Positions 55,725-64,000 of a stretch of 64,000 nucleotides of DNA are shown here, one piece after another. The DNA lies in assembly GCA_963832165.1 (NCBI GenBank), contig CAWHTE010000007.1, forward strand, positions 128,001 to 192,000. The letters are read 5' to 3'. The DNA is from an uncultured delta proteobacterium. Its GTDB lineage: Bacteria > Myxococcota_A > UBA9160 > SMWR01. Position 1 is the stretch's first letter. Each line of letters begins with the position of its first letter. The notes under the pieces were generated by a model, which did not search any database, was not told the DNA's origin, and worked only from the letters and a program-made list of their open reading frames with translations. The position numbers and the translations under genes are program-made.

Positions 55725-56522
55725 CTACGCGTCCGAGCGCCGGCGGAACTGCCCGAAGTTCGCTTTGCGCTTCTCGAGAAACGCCCGGACCGCCTCGATG
55801 TTCTCGGGCGATCCCGCCTGTTCCTTCATGCCCTGATCTTCCGACTCGAACGCCGCGCGGATCCCGTCGCGGTGCGCGCGCAGCAGCGTGCGCTTGGTGG
55901 CCTGTAGCGCGGACACGGGATGCTGCGCGATCTCTCGCGCGACGGCGAGCGTCGCTTCGAGCAGCTGCGCGTCGGGAAACACGCCGGCCGCCATGCCCAG
56001 CTTCACGGCCTGGCCCGCGTCGATCCACTCGGCGGTGTAGAAGAGCTCGGCCGCGCGCTGCGAACCGATCACCTGTTGCAGCAGGTAGCTGCTCGCGCCT
56101 TCGGGAACCAGGCCGAGCGCCACGAACGGGAGCCGCAGCCGCACGCTCTCGCCCACGTACACGATGTCGCAATGGAACAGGAACGTGGCGCCGATCCCGA
56201 CCCCGACACCCTTGGCGGCCGCGAGCAGCGGCTTGTCGAACGCGACGAGCGCCTCCATGCAGCCGTAGTAGCCGTTCGGATGGCCGTCGTCGCGCGGTGC
56301 CGACGACTGGCCGAACGCGGAGAGGTCCTGGCCCGCGGAGAAATCGCTTCCGGCGCCCGTCACCACCACCACCGCAATGCGCGGATCTTCGCGCGCGGCG
56401 TTGAGCGCGTCGCGGAGGCCATCCCACTGCGCATCGTCGAAGGCGTTCTTCTTGGCGGGGCGGTTCAGCGTGACCACGAGCACGCCTTCGTCGTCGAGCG
56501 AGCGCAGCACCGGGTCGGTCAT
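55725..56522 (-). CDS. Enoyl-CoA hydratase/isomerase (ECI2-like)
   Basis: LNRPAKKNA, FSAGQDL, GIGATFLFHCD, PFVALGLVPEGASS. Confidence 0.9.
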   Translation of the reverse strand: MTDPVLRSLDDEGVLVVTLNRPAKKNAFDDAQWDGLRDALNAAREDPRIAVVVVTGAGSDFSAGQDLSAFGQSSAPRDDGHPNGYYGCMEALVAFDKPLLAAAKGVGVGIGATFLFHCDIVYVGESVRLRLPFVALGLVPEGASSYLLQQVIGSQRAAELFYTAEWIDAGQAVKLGMAAGVFPDAQLLEATLAVAREIAQHPVSALQATKRTLLRAHRDGIRAAFESEDQGMKEQAGSPENIEAVRAFLEKRKANFGQFRRRSDA

Positions 56523-56623
56523 GGATCGTCCTCCGCCGCTTCGGATGATAGCGGTGCCCTCTCGCGCGGTAGAGCTACCCTGGGCCGGCGTCGCCGGATC
56601 CGGCGTCACTCCAGGAGCGCTCG

Positions 56624-57805
56624 ATGATCTCGTACAACCCGTTCGCCGAAGCAGTGATGGCCGATCCCCATCCCGTCTATCGCCAGTTGCGCGACGAGGC
56701 TCCGGTGTACCGGCTCGCCAACTACCCGTGCTGGGTGCTGTCGCGCTTCGAAGACGTGTGGAATGCGAGCCTCGACGTGAAATCGTTCTCGGTCGCGCAG
56801 GGAACGACGCCGAGCCAGCTGCTCACGAAGGCGCAGCCGGTCACGCCGATGATCAACAACATGGATCCGCCCGCTCACACGGCGTTGCGCGCGCAGCTGC
56901 GCCCATTCTTCGCGCCCGCGCGCATCCGCGAGCTCGAGCCCACCATCCGCCAGCTCTTCTCCGACGCGCTCGATCAGCTGGTCGAGAAGGGTGGGGGCGA
57001 TCTCGTGGGCGAGTTCGGCACGCGCGTCGCGCTCAAGGTGGCGTCGATCGTCTCCGGCATCCCGCTCGAGGACGGAGACATGCTCTACCGACTCGTGCAG
57101 CGTTTCTTCGGCCACGAGGAAGGCGTCGACGGCATGACCGCCGACGGCATCAAGGCGATGATGGAGATGATCGAGTACTTCGCCGCGCTCGCCGCGCGCC
57201 GGCGCGCGCAAGGCACCGCGCGCGCGCATCCGCTCGACGTGCTGATCGACTTCGAGCAGGACGGGCACAAGCTCGAGGATCCCGTGATCGCCTCGCACAT
57301 GTCGCTGCTCCTGATCGGGGGGTCGGAAACCTTCCCGAAGGTGTTCGCGAATCTCGCGCGCCGACTGTTCGAACATCCGGACCAGCGCGCCGCGGTGGCT
57401 GCGGATCCGAGCCTCGCGCCCGACGCGATGATCGAGGCGCTGCGCTACGACATGCCGACGCAGTTCCTCGGCCGCACCGTCGTGCGCGACGTCGAGGTGC
57501 GCGGTGAGAAGCTGCGCGCGGGCGAGACCGTGCTCTTCCTGTACGCGTCCGCCAACCGGGATCCGCGCGAGTTCGCCGACCCGGATCGCTTCGACATCGC
57601 TCGCCGCCCGCCGCGCATCCTGAGCTTCGGCCACGGCACGCACGCCTGCCTCGGCATCCACACCGCCAAGGCCGAGGGGCGGATCGCGCTGGAGGAGCTG
57701 CTACGCCGCGATCCCGAGTACGAATTGGACATGAGCGGCGCCGAGCGCCTGCGCACCGAGTTCGTGCAGGGCTTCGCTCGCTTGCCCGTGAGGTTGCACA
57801 CCTAG
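56624..57805 (+). CDS. Cytochrome P450
   Basis: MDPPAHTALR, GGSET, EALRYD, SFGHGTHACLG. Confidence 0.93.
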   Translation: MISYNPFAEAVMADPHPVYRQLRDEAPVYRLANYPCWVLSRFEDVWNASLDVKSFSVAQGTTPSQLLTKAQPVTPMINNMDPPAHTALRAQLRPFFAPARIRELEPTIRQLFSDALDQLVEKGGGDLVGEFGTRVALKVASIVSGIPLEDGDMLYRLVQRFFGHEEGVDGMTADGIKAMMEMIEYFAALAARRRAQGTARAHPLDVLIDFEQDGHKLEDPVIASHMSLLLIGGSETFPKVFANLARRLFEHPDQRAAVAADPSLAPDAMIEALRYDMPTQFLGRTVVRDVEVRGEKLRAGETVLFLYASANRDPREFADPDRFDIARRPPRILSFGHGTHACLGIHTAKAEGRIALEELLRRDPEYELDMSGAERLRTEFVQGFARLPVRLHT

Positions 57806-57818
57806 CCCGGAGGCCTGC

Positions 57819-59012
57819 ATGTCGGCGCCGTTCTCTCACCTCGCGAGCATCGACTACCCGATTCTCGACGCCGACGCGCATGTGAACGAGCCGCCGAACC
57901 TCTGGCAGGACGCGGTCCCGGCGAAGTGGCGAGATCGCGCGCCCAAGCTCGTGAAGACCGACGCCGGGGATTTCTGGCACTTCGACGGCGGCCGGGAGAA
58001 GTCGCCCGTCGGCCTCACGGCCGCGGCAGGGCAGAGCATGCTCGAGATGGGGCTTTCCGGGCAGACCTACGAGGGGATGCGCCCGGGCAGCTTCGATACC
58101 GCGGCGCGCCTCGCAGATATGGACGCCGACGGCATCTACGCGCAGGTGCTCTATCCCTCGGTGACACTGAAAGGCGCCAAGGTGTACTCGGAGGAGCGCG
58201 AGCTGCAGCTCGCGTGCGTGCGCGCCTACAACGATTGGATCGCCGCGTTCGCCGCGCCCGCGCGCGGGCGCCTGGCTGCGCAGGCGATCATTCCCACCAC
58301 GGGCCTGGACGATGCGGTCACCGAGCTCGACTACGCGCTCAAGAACGGCCACCGCGGAGCGATCATCTCCTCGTTCCCGAGCGGCTCCATCGTACCGAGC
58401 GCGAGCGATGCGCCGTTCTGGTCGCGAGCACAGGAGGCGGACTTCCCGATCGGCGTGCACATCGGGAGCTTCGTGAAGGCCGCGCCGGCTGCACCGGCGG
58501 CCGGCCGCACTCCCGAGCCCGCCGGCAATGCATCGCTCGCGTTCCTCGCGCGCGCGGCGTGGGCGAAGTCGGGCGGGCAGACGCTCGACGTCGCGTGCGA
58601 TCTGCTCTTCTCGGGGATCTTCCAGCGCTTCCCCGGTCTGAAGATCGTGCTCGTGGAGGCGAACATCGGCTGGATCCCGACGCTGCTCGAGCAGAGCGAC
58701 GACATGTTCCGCCGCTATCGCTGGTGGACGGGCGCGCACAAGACCATGTCGGAGATGCCGAGCCAGATCTTCCATCGCAACTTCTACTCGACCTTCATGG
58801 TCGATCGCTCGGGCCTCGAGCTGCGCCACCGACTCCACATCGACCACCTGATGTGGTCGACCGACTATCCGCACAGCGGCACCGACTGGCCCAACTCCGG
58901 CGTCACGATCGAGAACCTCTTCCGAGGCATCCCGCAGGACGAAGTGAAGAAGATGCTTCACGACAACTGCAAGACGCTGTACCGCCTCGACGTACCGGAT
59001 CGCCTGATCTAG
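57819..59012 (+). CDS. Amidohydrolase_2 family protein
   Basis: DADAHVNEPP, VHIG, VEANIGW, WSTDYPH. Confidence 0.9.
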   Translation: MSAPFSHLASIDYPILDADAHVNEPPNLWQDAVPAKWRDRAPKLVKTDAGDFWHFDGGREKSPVGLTAAAGQSMLEMGLSGQTYEGMRPGSFDTAARLADMDADGIYAQVLYPSVTLKGAKVYSEERELQLACVRAYNDWIAAFAAPARGRLAAQAIIPTTGLDDAVTELDYALKNGHRGAIISSFPSGSIVPSASDAPFWSRAQEADFPIGVHIGSFVKAAPAAPAAGRTPEPAGNASLAFLARAAWAKSGGQTLDVACDLLFSGIFQRFPGLKIVLVEANIGWIPTLLEQSDDMFRRYRWWTGAHKTMSEMPSQIFHRNFYSTFMVDRSGLELRHRLHIDHLMWSTDYPHSGTDWPNSGVTIENLFRGIPQDEVKKMLHDNCKTLYRLDVPDRLI

Positions 59013-59992
59013 ACCACGTTCGAGAGCGGCTCGCCGCGCGCCCAGCGCTGCAGGTTGGCCAGGAAGAGCTCGGCCTGGCGAGCCTGGTTCCCCGCCGAGA
59101 GCGCCGCCGCATGCGGCGTCACGATCACGTTCGGCAGCGACCACAGCAAGGACTCCGCCGGTAGCGGCTCGCTCTCGAACACGTCGAGGTACGCACCCGC
59201 GATGCGGCCCGAGACGAGCTCCGCGGTGAGCGCGACCTCGTCGACGATCTCGCCCCGTGCGACGTTGATCACGTGGGCGCCGTCGGGGAGCAGTGCGAGC
59301 GCCGCGGCATCGATCCAGCCGCGCGTCTCGTCGCTGAGCGGACACGCGATCGCGAGCCAGTGCGCGCGGGGTAGCACGTCGCGCAGCTGCGCGGGCGCAA
59401 CGAGCTCGTCGGCGGGTGCTCCGGTGCGATTCGTGCTGCGTCGCACGCCGACGACGTGCAGACCCAGCGCGCGTCCGAGCCGGGCGATCTCGCCACCGAT
59501 GCCGCCGAGGCCCACCACCACGAGGGTCTGCCCGCCGAGATCCGCGGGTGACGCGACCGAACCCGGCTCGAGCCAGCGGCGCTCGCGCTGAGCGGCTCCG
59601 AAGCGCGGCAACCCGCGCGCGAGAGCGAGCAGCCCCGCGATCGCGCTATGCGCGATCGGAACCGCGCTCGCGCCCGGCGAATTGGTGAGGCGCACACCGC
59701 GCTCGAGCAGGCGCGCGAAGATCGGATGGTCGGTACCCGCGTTGAAACAGTGCATCCAGCGCAGCTTGTCGGCGGAGAGCGCCGCCGCGAAGAACGCGGC
59801 GGAATGGACCGGATACACGTCACCCGAGAAGTACGCGAGCTCGATGCGCTCGACCTCGCCGCGATCCAGCCGCGCCGCGGGATCTTCGGGCAACGCGATC
59901 GGCTCGAGCTCCGCACCGGTCTCGCGCGCGAGCGACGCGACCCGTGTGGCATAGCCGCGCAAGAAACCCGGACCGACGAGCAGCCCCGCCAC
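59009..59992 (-). CDS. D-2-hydroxyacid dehydrogenase family protein
   Basis: GLGGIG, INVARG, AYLDVFESEPLP, TPH. Confidence 0.9.
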   Translation of the reverse strand: MAGLLVGPGFLRGYATRVASLARETGAELEPIALPEDPAARLDRGEVERIELAYFSGDVYPVHSAAFFAAALSADKLRWMHCFNAGTDHPIFARLLERGVRLTNSPGASAVPIAHSAIAGLLALARGLPRFGAAQRERRWLEPGSVASPADLGGQTLVVVGLGGIGGEIARLGRALGLHVVGVRRSTNRTGAPADELVAPAQLRDVLPRAHWLAIACPLSDETRGWIDAAALALLPDGAHVINVARGEIVDEVALTAELVSGRIAGAYLDVFESEPLPAESLLWSLPNVIVTPHAAALSAGNQARQAELFLANLQRWARGEPLSNVV

Positions 59993-59996
59993 CCGA

Positions 59997-61799
59997 TCAG
60001 CTCTCGGGCGACTTGGCTTCGCGCAGCGCTTGGCGCTCCTGCGCGAGCTTCTTCGCCTTCGCGAGCGTCGGCGCCCGCAGCTTCGCTTCGAGCGCCTCGA
60101 GTATGGGCTTGGTTTCCGGCAGGTCACTCGCGGCGAGCCACGCATAGCCCTCGACGATGTTCGTGCTCGTGCCCTTCCCCTCGATGTAGGCCATTCCCAG
60201 CTTCACCTGTGCCTGCGGCTGCCCTTTCGCTGCAGCTCGCTTCCACCACTTCACGGCTTCGCGTGGGTTCGCCGTCAGCCCGCCGCGACCGTCGGCGTGA
60301 AAAATTCCCATGCTGTACTCGGCGATGGCATCCCCGCGTTCTGCCGCTCGCTCGAACAGCGTGCGCGCCGTAGCGTCGTCGGGCTCACCCACCATGCCCG
60401 AGGCGAGCAACGTGGCATACGAAACCTCGGCAGCCGGCTCACCCGCTTCGACCGCGGTGCGGAAGAGACGCAGCGCTTCCTTGGGGTCGGCCGCAACACC
60501 GGCACCCGACGCATACATCGTTCCGAGCGTGATGAGCGCGGGCGCGTAGTTCTTTTCTGCGGCCGCCTTCAGCATGCGCAGCGAAGCCTCGTCATCCTTC
60601 GGAACGCCGTTGCCGTGCGAATAGCGCACGGCCATCTCGGCCATCGCGACCGAGTCTCCGAGCTCGGCGCCGCGCTGGTAGAGCCGAACCGCTTCGGCCG
60701 GATCGGCCTCGACGCCGCGCCCCGCTGCGTACATCTTCGCGAGATTCGTGTGGGCGGGAGCGAAGCCCGCGTCGACGGATCGGCGATACCACTCGACCGC
60801 TTTGAGATCGTTGTTGTGGCGGCCCACCGCCGCCACGCGCTCGAGCTGTTCGGTCACGTCCGAGACGTGCTGGCCCCCGCCCCTCGTGTAGAAGGCGATC
60901 TGCTCGGCGGTCTCCTCGTCGGGGATCAGTCCCTGCGCGTACAGAACGCCGAGCTGATTCATCGACGCGGGCTGCTTCTGATCGGCAGCCAGGCGGTACC
61001 ACTTCGCGGCCTCGGCGGGGCTCGTGTCCACACCGCGCCCCATCTGATAGAAGAAGCCGAGAGACTCCTGAGCGGGCGCATAGCCCTGAGTCGCCGCACG
61101 TTCGAACCAGACGCGCGCCTGAACGTCGTCCTTCTCCACTCCGGTCCCGTTCGCGTAGCGATCGCCGAGCGCGTGCTCCGCCTCGGGTTGACCCGCCTCT
61201 GCGGCCACCGTCAGCCAGCGCAGCGTCGACTCGGCGTCGATCTCCGCAGCGCCCGCCGTACCCGCTCGCGCGAGCTCCAACGCCGCGTCAGCGTTGCCTT
61301 GTTCCGCGGCGCGCGTGAGCAGCGCAATCGCCTCGGCCTTCTTGCTCGGATCGCGCGCGAGAAGATGCGCCTGCGCGAGCTGGCCGCTCGGATCGCCCGC
61401 CTCGGCCGAGCGCGCGATCCACGTCGCGGCCTCGGTGGGGTCCCCGCCCGCAGCGAGCATCTGCTCGCCGAGTCGCGCCTGGGCACGCGCGTTGCCCGCC
61501 TCTGCGGCCGCACGCAGCCAGCGGTCGACGCGCGCCGCATCGTCCGGAGCCGCGCGCTCGCCGTAGAGCTCGACGAGCCGCATCTGGGCGGGAGCTGACC
61601 CGTTCTCGGCCGCCTTCTCGAGCCAGACGAACGCCTCGTCGAGATTGCGCTCGACGCCGTCGCCAGTCGCGAAGCGCTCACCGAGCGCTCGCTGCGCATC
61701 CGCAGATCCCAGCCGCGCTCGCCAGCGCGTGCGGTCGACTTCACTGCATGCGGCGCATGCGAGCAGCACGAGCACGAGTGCGAGTCGCAGCGAGTGCAT
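59997..61799 (-). CDS. Sel1-like repeat lipoprotein
   Basis: LLAC lipobox; many AxxxLGxxYxxGxGVxxDxxxAxxW repeats. Confidence 0.92.
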   Translation of the reverse strand: MHSLRLALVLVLLACAACSEVDRTRWRARLGSADAQRALGERFATGDGVERNLDEAFVWLEKAAENGSAPAQMRLVELYGERAAPDDAARVDRWLRAAAEAGNARAQARLGEQMLAAGGDPTEAATWIARSAEAGDPSGQLAQAHLLARDPSKKAEAIALLTRAAEQGNADAALELARAGTAGAAEIDAESTLRWLTVAAEAGQPEAEHALGDRYANGTGVEKDDVQARVWFERAATQGYAPAQESLGFFYQMGRGVDTSPAEAAKWYRLAADQKQPASMNQLGVLYAQGLIPDEETAEQIAFYTRGGGQHVSDVTEQLERVAAVGRHNNDLKAVEWYRRSVDAGFAPAHTNLAKMYAAGRGVEADPAEAVRLYQRGAELGDSVAMAEMAVRYSHGNGVPKDDEASLRMLKAAAEKNYAPALITLGTMYASGAGVAADPKEALRLFRTAVEAGEPAAEVSYATLLASGMVGEPDDATARTLFERAAERGDAIAEYSMGIFHADGRGGLTANPREAVKWWKRAAAKGQPQAQVKLGMAYIEGKGTSTNIVEGYAWLAASDLPETKPILEALEAKLRAPTLAKAKKLAQERQALREAKSPES

Positions 61800-61876
61800 C
61801 GCCGCGGATCCTAGCTCTCCGACCGACCCCTGCCCCCGGAACCGCCGGGTGGTACGTTCGCCGCCCCGGAGCGATC

Positions 61877-62740
61877 GTGAAGTTCGTCCTTTCCGCCGCG
61901 TTCAATGATCCCGATCATCTGCTCGAGCTCGCCGTCTGCGCCGAAGAGTGCGGCTTCGAGGCGATGGCGTTCCCGGATCACGTCGTGCATCCGGAGCGGC
62001 TCGACACTCCCTACCCCTACACCGCGGACGGTTCACGTCGCTGGCAGGCATTCACACCCTGGGTGGATCCCTGGGTGGCGATCGGCGCCTGCGCCGCCGT
62101 GACCACGCGGCTGCGCTTCACGAACAACGTCTTCGTGCTCGCGATGCGCAACCCGTTCCTGGCCGCGAAGTCGATCGCCACCGCGGCGGTCCTGTCGCGT
62201 GGGCGGGTGACCGTTACTCTCGGCGTCGGCTGGTCGAACGTCGAGTACACGCTGCTCGGCCAGGACTTCCGCACGCGCGGCAAGCGCACCGACGAGATGA
62301 TCGAGGTGCTGCGCAAGCTCTGGACCGGCGAGATGATCTCGCACCAGGGCCCGTTCTATCGCTTCGACGCGCTCGAGTCGAACCCGAAGCCTCCCGCGCG
62401 GATCCCGATCTGGGCGGGCGGAATCTCCGACGCGGCACTGCGCCGCGCCGCGCGCAACGACGGCTGGCTCTCGGACCTGCAGACGACGGCCGAGATCGAG
62501 ACCTGCATCGACACGGTGCGCCGCTACCGCGCGGAGCAGGGACGTGCGGGCGAGCCGTTCGACGTGATGGCGAGCGCGAGCGATGCGTTCACGCTCGAGG
62601 GCTACCGGCGACTCGAGAAGATCGGCGTGACGCACGTGCTGACGCTGCCCTGGATCTTCAGCCACGGCGACACCAAGGTGCTGAGCGAGAAGAAGGATGG
62701 CATGCGCCGCTTCGCCGACGACGTGATCACAAAGGTTTGA
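61877..62740 (+). CDS. LLM-class (putative F420-dependent) oxidoreductase
   Basis: AEECGF...PDHVV, DPWV, RNPFLAAK, LGVGW, RGKRTDE, IPIWAGG. Confidence 0.88.
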   Translation: MKFVLSAAFNDPDHLLELAVCAEECGFEAMAFPDHVVHPERLDTPYPYTADGSRRWQAFTPWVDPWVAIGACAAVTTRLRFTNNVFVLAMRNPFLAAKSIATAAVLSRGRVTVTLGVGWSNVEYTLLGQDFRTRGKRTDEMIEVLRKLWTGEMISHQGPFYRFDALESNPKPPARIPIWAGGISDAALRRAARNDGWLSDLQTTAEIETCIDTVRRYRAEQGRAGEPFDVMASASDAFTLEGYRRLEKIGVTHVLTLPWIFSHGDTKVLSEKKDGMRRFADDVITKV

Positions 62741-62744
62741 GCAA

Positions 62745-62819
62745 GTCTCGCGAAGCGAGCCGAAGGCGAGCGAAGTCATAAGGAGTGTCTCGCGCAGCGA
62801 GCGAAGTCCATGAGGAGTG
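62745..62819 (+). repeat. Intergenic tandem pair of a REP-like repeat
   Basis: gtctcgcg(a/c)agcgagc[cgaaggcgagc]gaagtc(c)at(a/g)aggagtg twice; the second copy lacks the 11-nt core. Confidence 0.7.
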
Positions 62820-62828
62820 AGATCCACC

Positions 62829-63635
62829 ATGAGCGAGAGCGAACGCCATCCGGATGGCCAGATCAGCGTGGAACAGCGCGGCCGCATCCTGCTGATGGGC
62901 CTCGACCGGCCCGAGAAGTACAACGGACTGACACCCAAGATGATGCGCGAGCTCGGCCTCGCCTACACGCGACTCGACGAGGATCCCGAGCTCTGGGTGG
63001 GCGTGCTGTTCGGACACGGCAAACACTTCACGGCGGGCCTCGACCTCCCGAAGTGGACCGAGGGCATGAGAGACGCGGTCGCGCGGCGGGAACGCGACCG
63101 CAACGACCGCGTCGATCCGATGGCGCTCGCGCGCGCGTGCCGCAAGCCGATCGTCACCGCGGTGCACGGGATCACGTACACCGCGGGCATCGAGATGATG
63201 CTCGCGGGTGACATCGTGGTGGCCGCCGATGATTGCCGCTTCTCGCAGCTCGAGCCGAAGCGCGGGATCCATGCCACGGGTGGCGCCACGATCCGCTTCG
63301 TCGAGCGCGGGGGCTGGGGCAACGCGATGTATCACCTGCTCACCAGCGACGAGTTCAGTGCGGAAGAGGCGCGTCGGATCGGCCTCGTGCAGGAGATCGT
63401 GCCGCGCGGCGCCGAGCTCGCGCGCGCGCTCGAGCTCGCCGACCGGATCGCGGCAATGGCCCCGCGTGCGGTACAGGCGACGAAGGCATCGTCGCGCCGC
63501 TATCTCGACCACGGGTTCGCCGCCACCGTCGCCGCATTCGCGTCCGACCAGGCCGAGCTCGCCAACTCCGAGGACGCCCGCGAAGGAGTGGCCTCGTTCG
63601 TCGAGCGGCGCGATCCCAGATTCACGGGGCGCTAG
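62829..63635 (+). CDS. Crotonase/enoyl-CoA hydratase family protein
   Basis: LDRPEKYNG, FTAGLDL, GIEMMLAGD, QLEPKRGI, EGVASFVERR. Confidence 0.92.
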   Translation: MSESERHPDGQISVEQRGRILLMGLDRPEKYNGLTPKMMRELGLAYTRLDEDPELWVGVLFGHGKHFTAGLDLPKWTEGMRDAVARRERDRNDRVDPMALARACRKPIVTAVHGITYTAGIEMMLAGDIVVAADDCRFSQLEPKRGIHATGGATIRFVERGGWGNAMYHLLTSDEFSAEEARRIGLVQEIVPRGAELARALELADRIAAMAPRAVQATKASSRRYLDHGFAATVAAFASDQAELANSEDAREGVASFVERRDPRFTGR

Positions 63636-63636
63636 G

Positions 63637-64000
63637 ATGGCGACCGTGAGTGAAGCCGACCTCGAACGCCCGCTCGGCGAGCTGCGCACTCAGGGATACA
63701 CGATCCTGGAGAACGCGATCGAGCCGGAACTCGTCGCCGCGCTCGTGGCGGCAATCCGGCGGATCGAGCAAGAGAGCGGTGCGGCGCCGCGCGGCAACCC
63801 GGCCGAGGGCTTCGCAACGCTGCGCACCTACAACCTGCTCGCGAAGGACCCGATCTTCCAGAAGATGCCCGTTCACCCGGCCGTGCTGCCGCTGGTCGAG
63901 CGCGTGCTCGATGCGGGCTGCCTGCTTTCGGGCCTGACCGCGATCGACATCGGCCCGGGCGAGCGCGCCCAGCCGGTGCATCCCGACGACCTCGTGATGA
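63637..64000 (+). CDS. Phytanoyl-CoA dioxygenase (PhyH) family, N-terminal part
   Basis: Not in the ORF track. MATVSEADLE...QGYTILENAI...YNLLAKDP...IDIGPGERAQPVHPDD (HxD); runs off the window. Confidence 0.85.
   Translation, partial: MATVSEADLERPLGELRTQGYTILENAIEPELVAALVAAIRRIEQESGAAPRGNPAEGFATLRTYNLLAKDPIFQKMPVHPAVLPLVERVLDAGCLLSGLTAIDIGPGERAQPVHPDDLVM

Noticed and set aside
53173..56427. 1084-aa ORF, and similar long Arg/Ala-rich ORFs (26040-29039, 52689-55463, 11733-13874, 38306-40537)
   Set aside because: Alternative-frame or antisense ORFs typical of high-GC DNA; they overlap genes with clear family motifs.
62745..62819. Mini-CRISPR array
   Set aside because: Only two unequal copies, no spacer and no cas genes.
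1..64000. tRNA/rRNA genes, IS elements, integrases, prophage or defence systems
   Set aside because: No recognisable motifs; intergenic spaces are short and accounted for.

Overview
High-GC bacterial chromosomal segment, about 70% GC by eye. Most likely a diderm Myxococcota/'Deltaproteobacteria'-type organism, inferred from the PEP-CTERM proteins, prepilin, outer-membrane barrel and c-type cytochrome. It holds about 60 densely packed genes. I saw no rRNA, tRNA, CRISPR array, transposase or integrase. Much of the content is actinobacterial-style lipid/steroid catabolism: 4 P450s, an ltp3/ltp4 cluster with two DUF35 genes, acyl-CoA dehydrogenases, crotonases, a ketosteroid-dehydrogenase-like flavoprotein, an EXPERA protein, F420-type oxidoreductases and amidohydrolases. 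Also present are a sulfur-assimilation operon, dusB and metG. Highlights: (1) an AhpD/CMD-like selenoprotein (CxxU, in-frame TGA plus SECIS-like hairpin) that the ORF track splits in two; (2) a translationally coupled operon of TPR/outer-membrane barrel, secreted 11-mer-repeat protein, ECF sigma, zinc anti-sigma with a protease-prodomain-like sensor, and subtilases; (3) an orphan GspG-like pseudopilin in an operon with a membrane HD-GYP c-di-GMP phosphodiesterase; (4) a minimal lipoprotein-like PEP-CTERM peptide; (5) REP-like dispersed repeats and several clear operator palindromes. Three frameshifts are probably assembly indels. All calls come from motif recognition only, without database searches.
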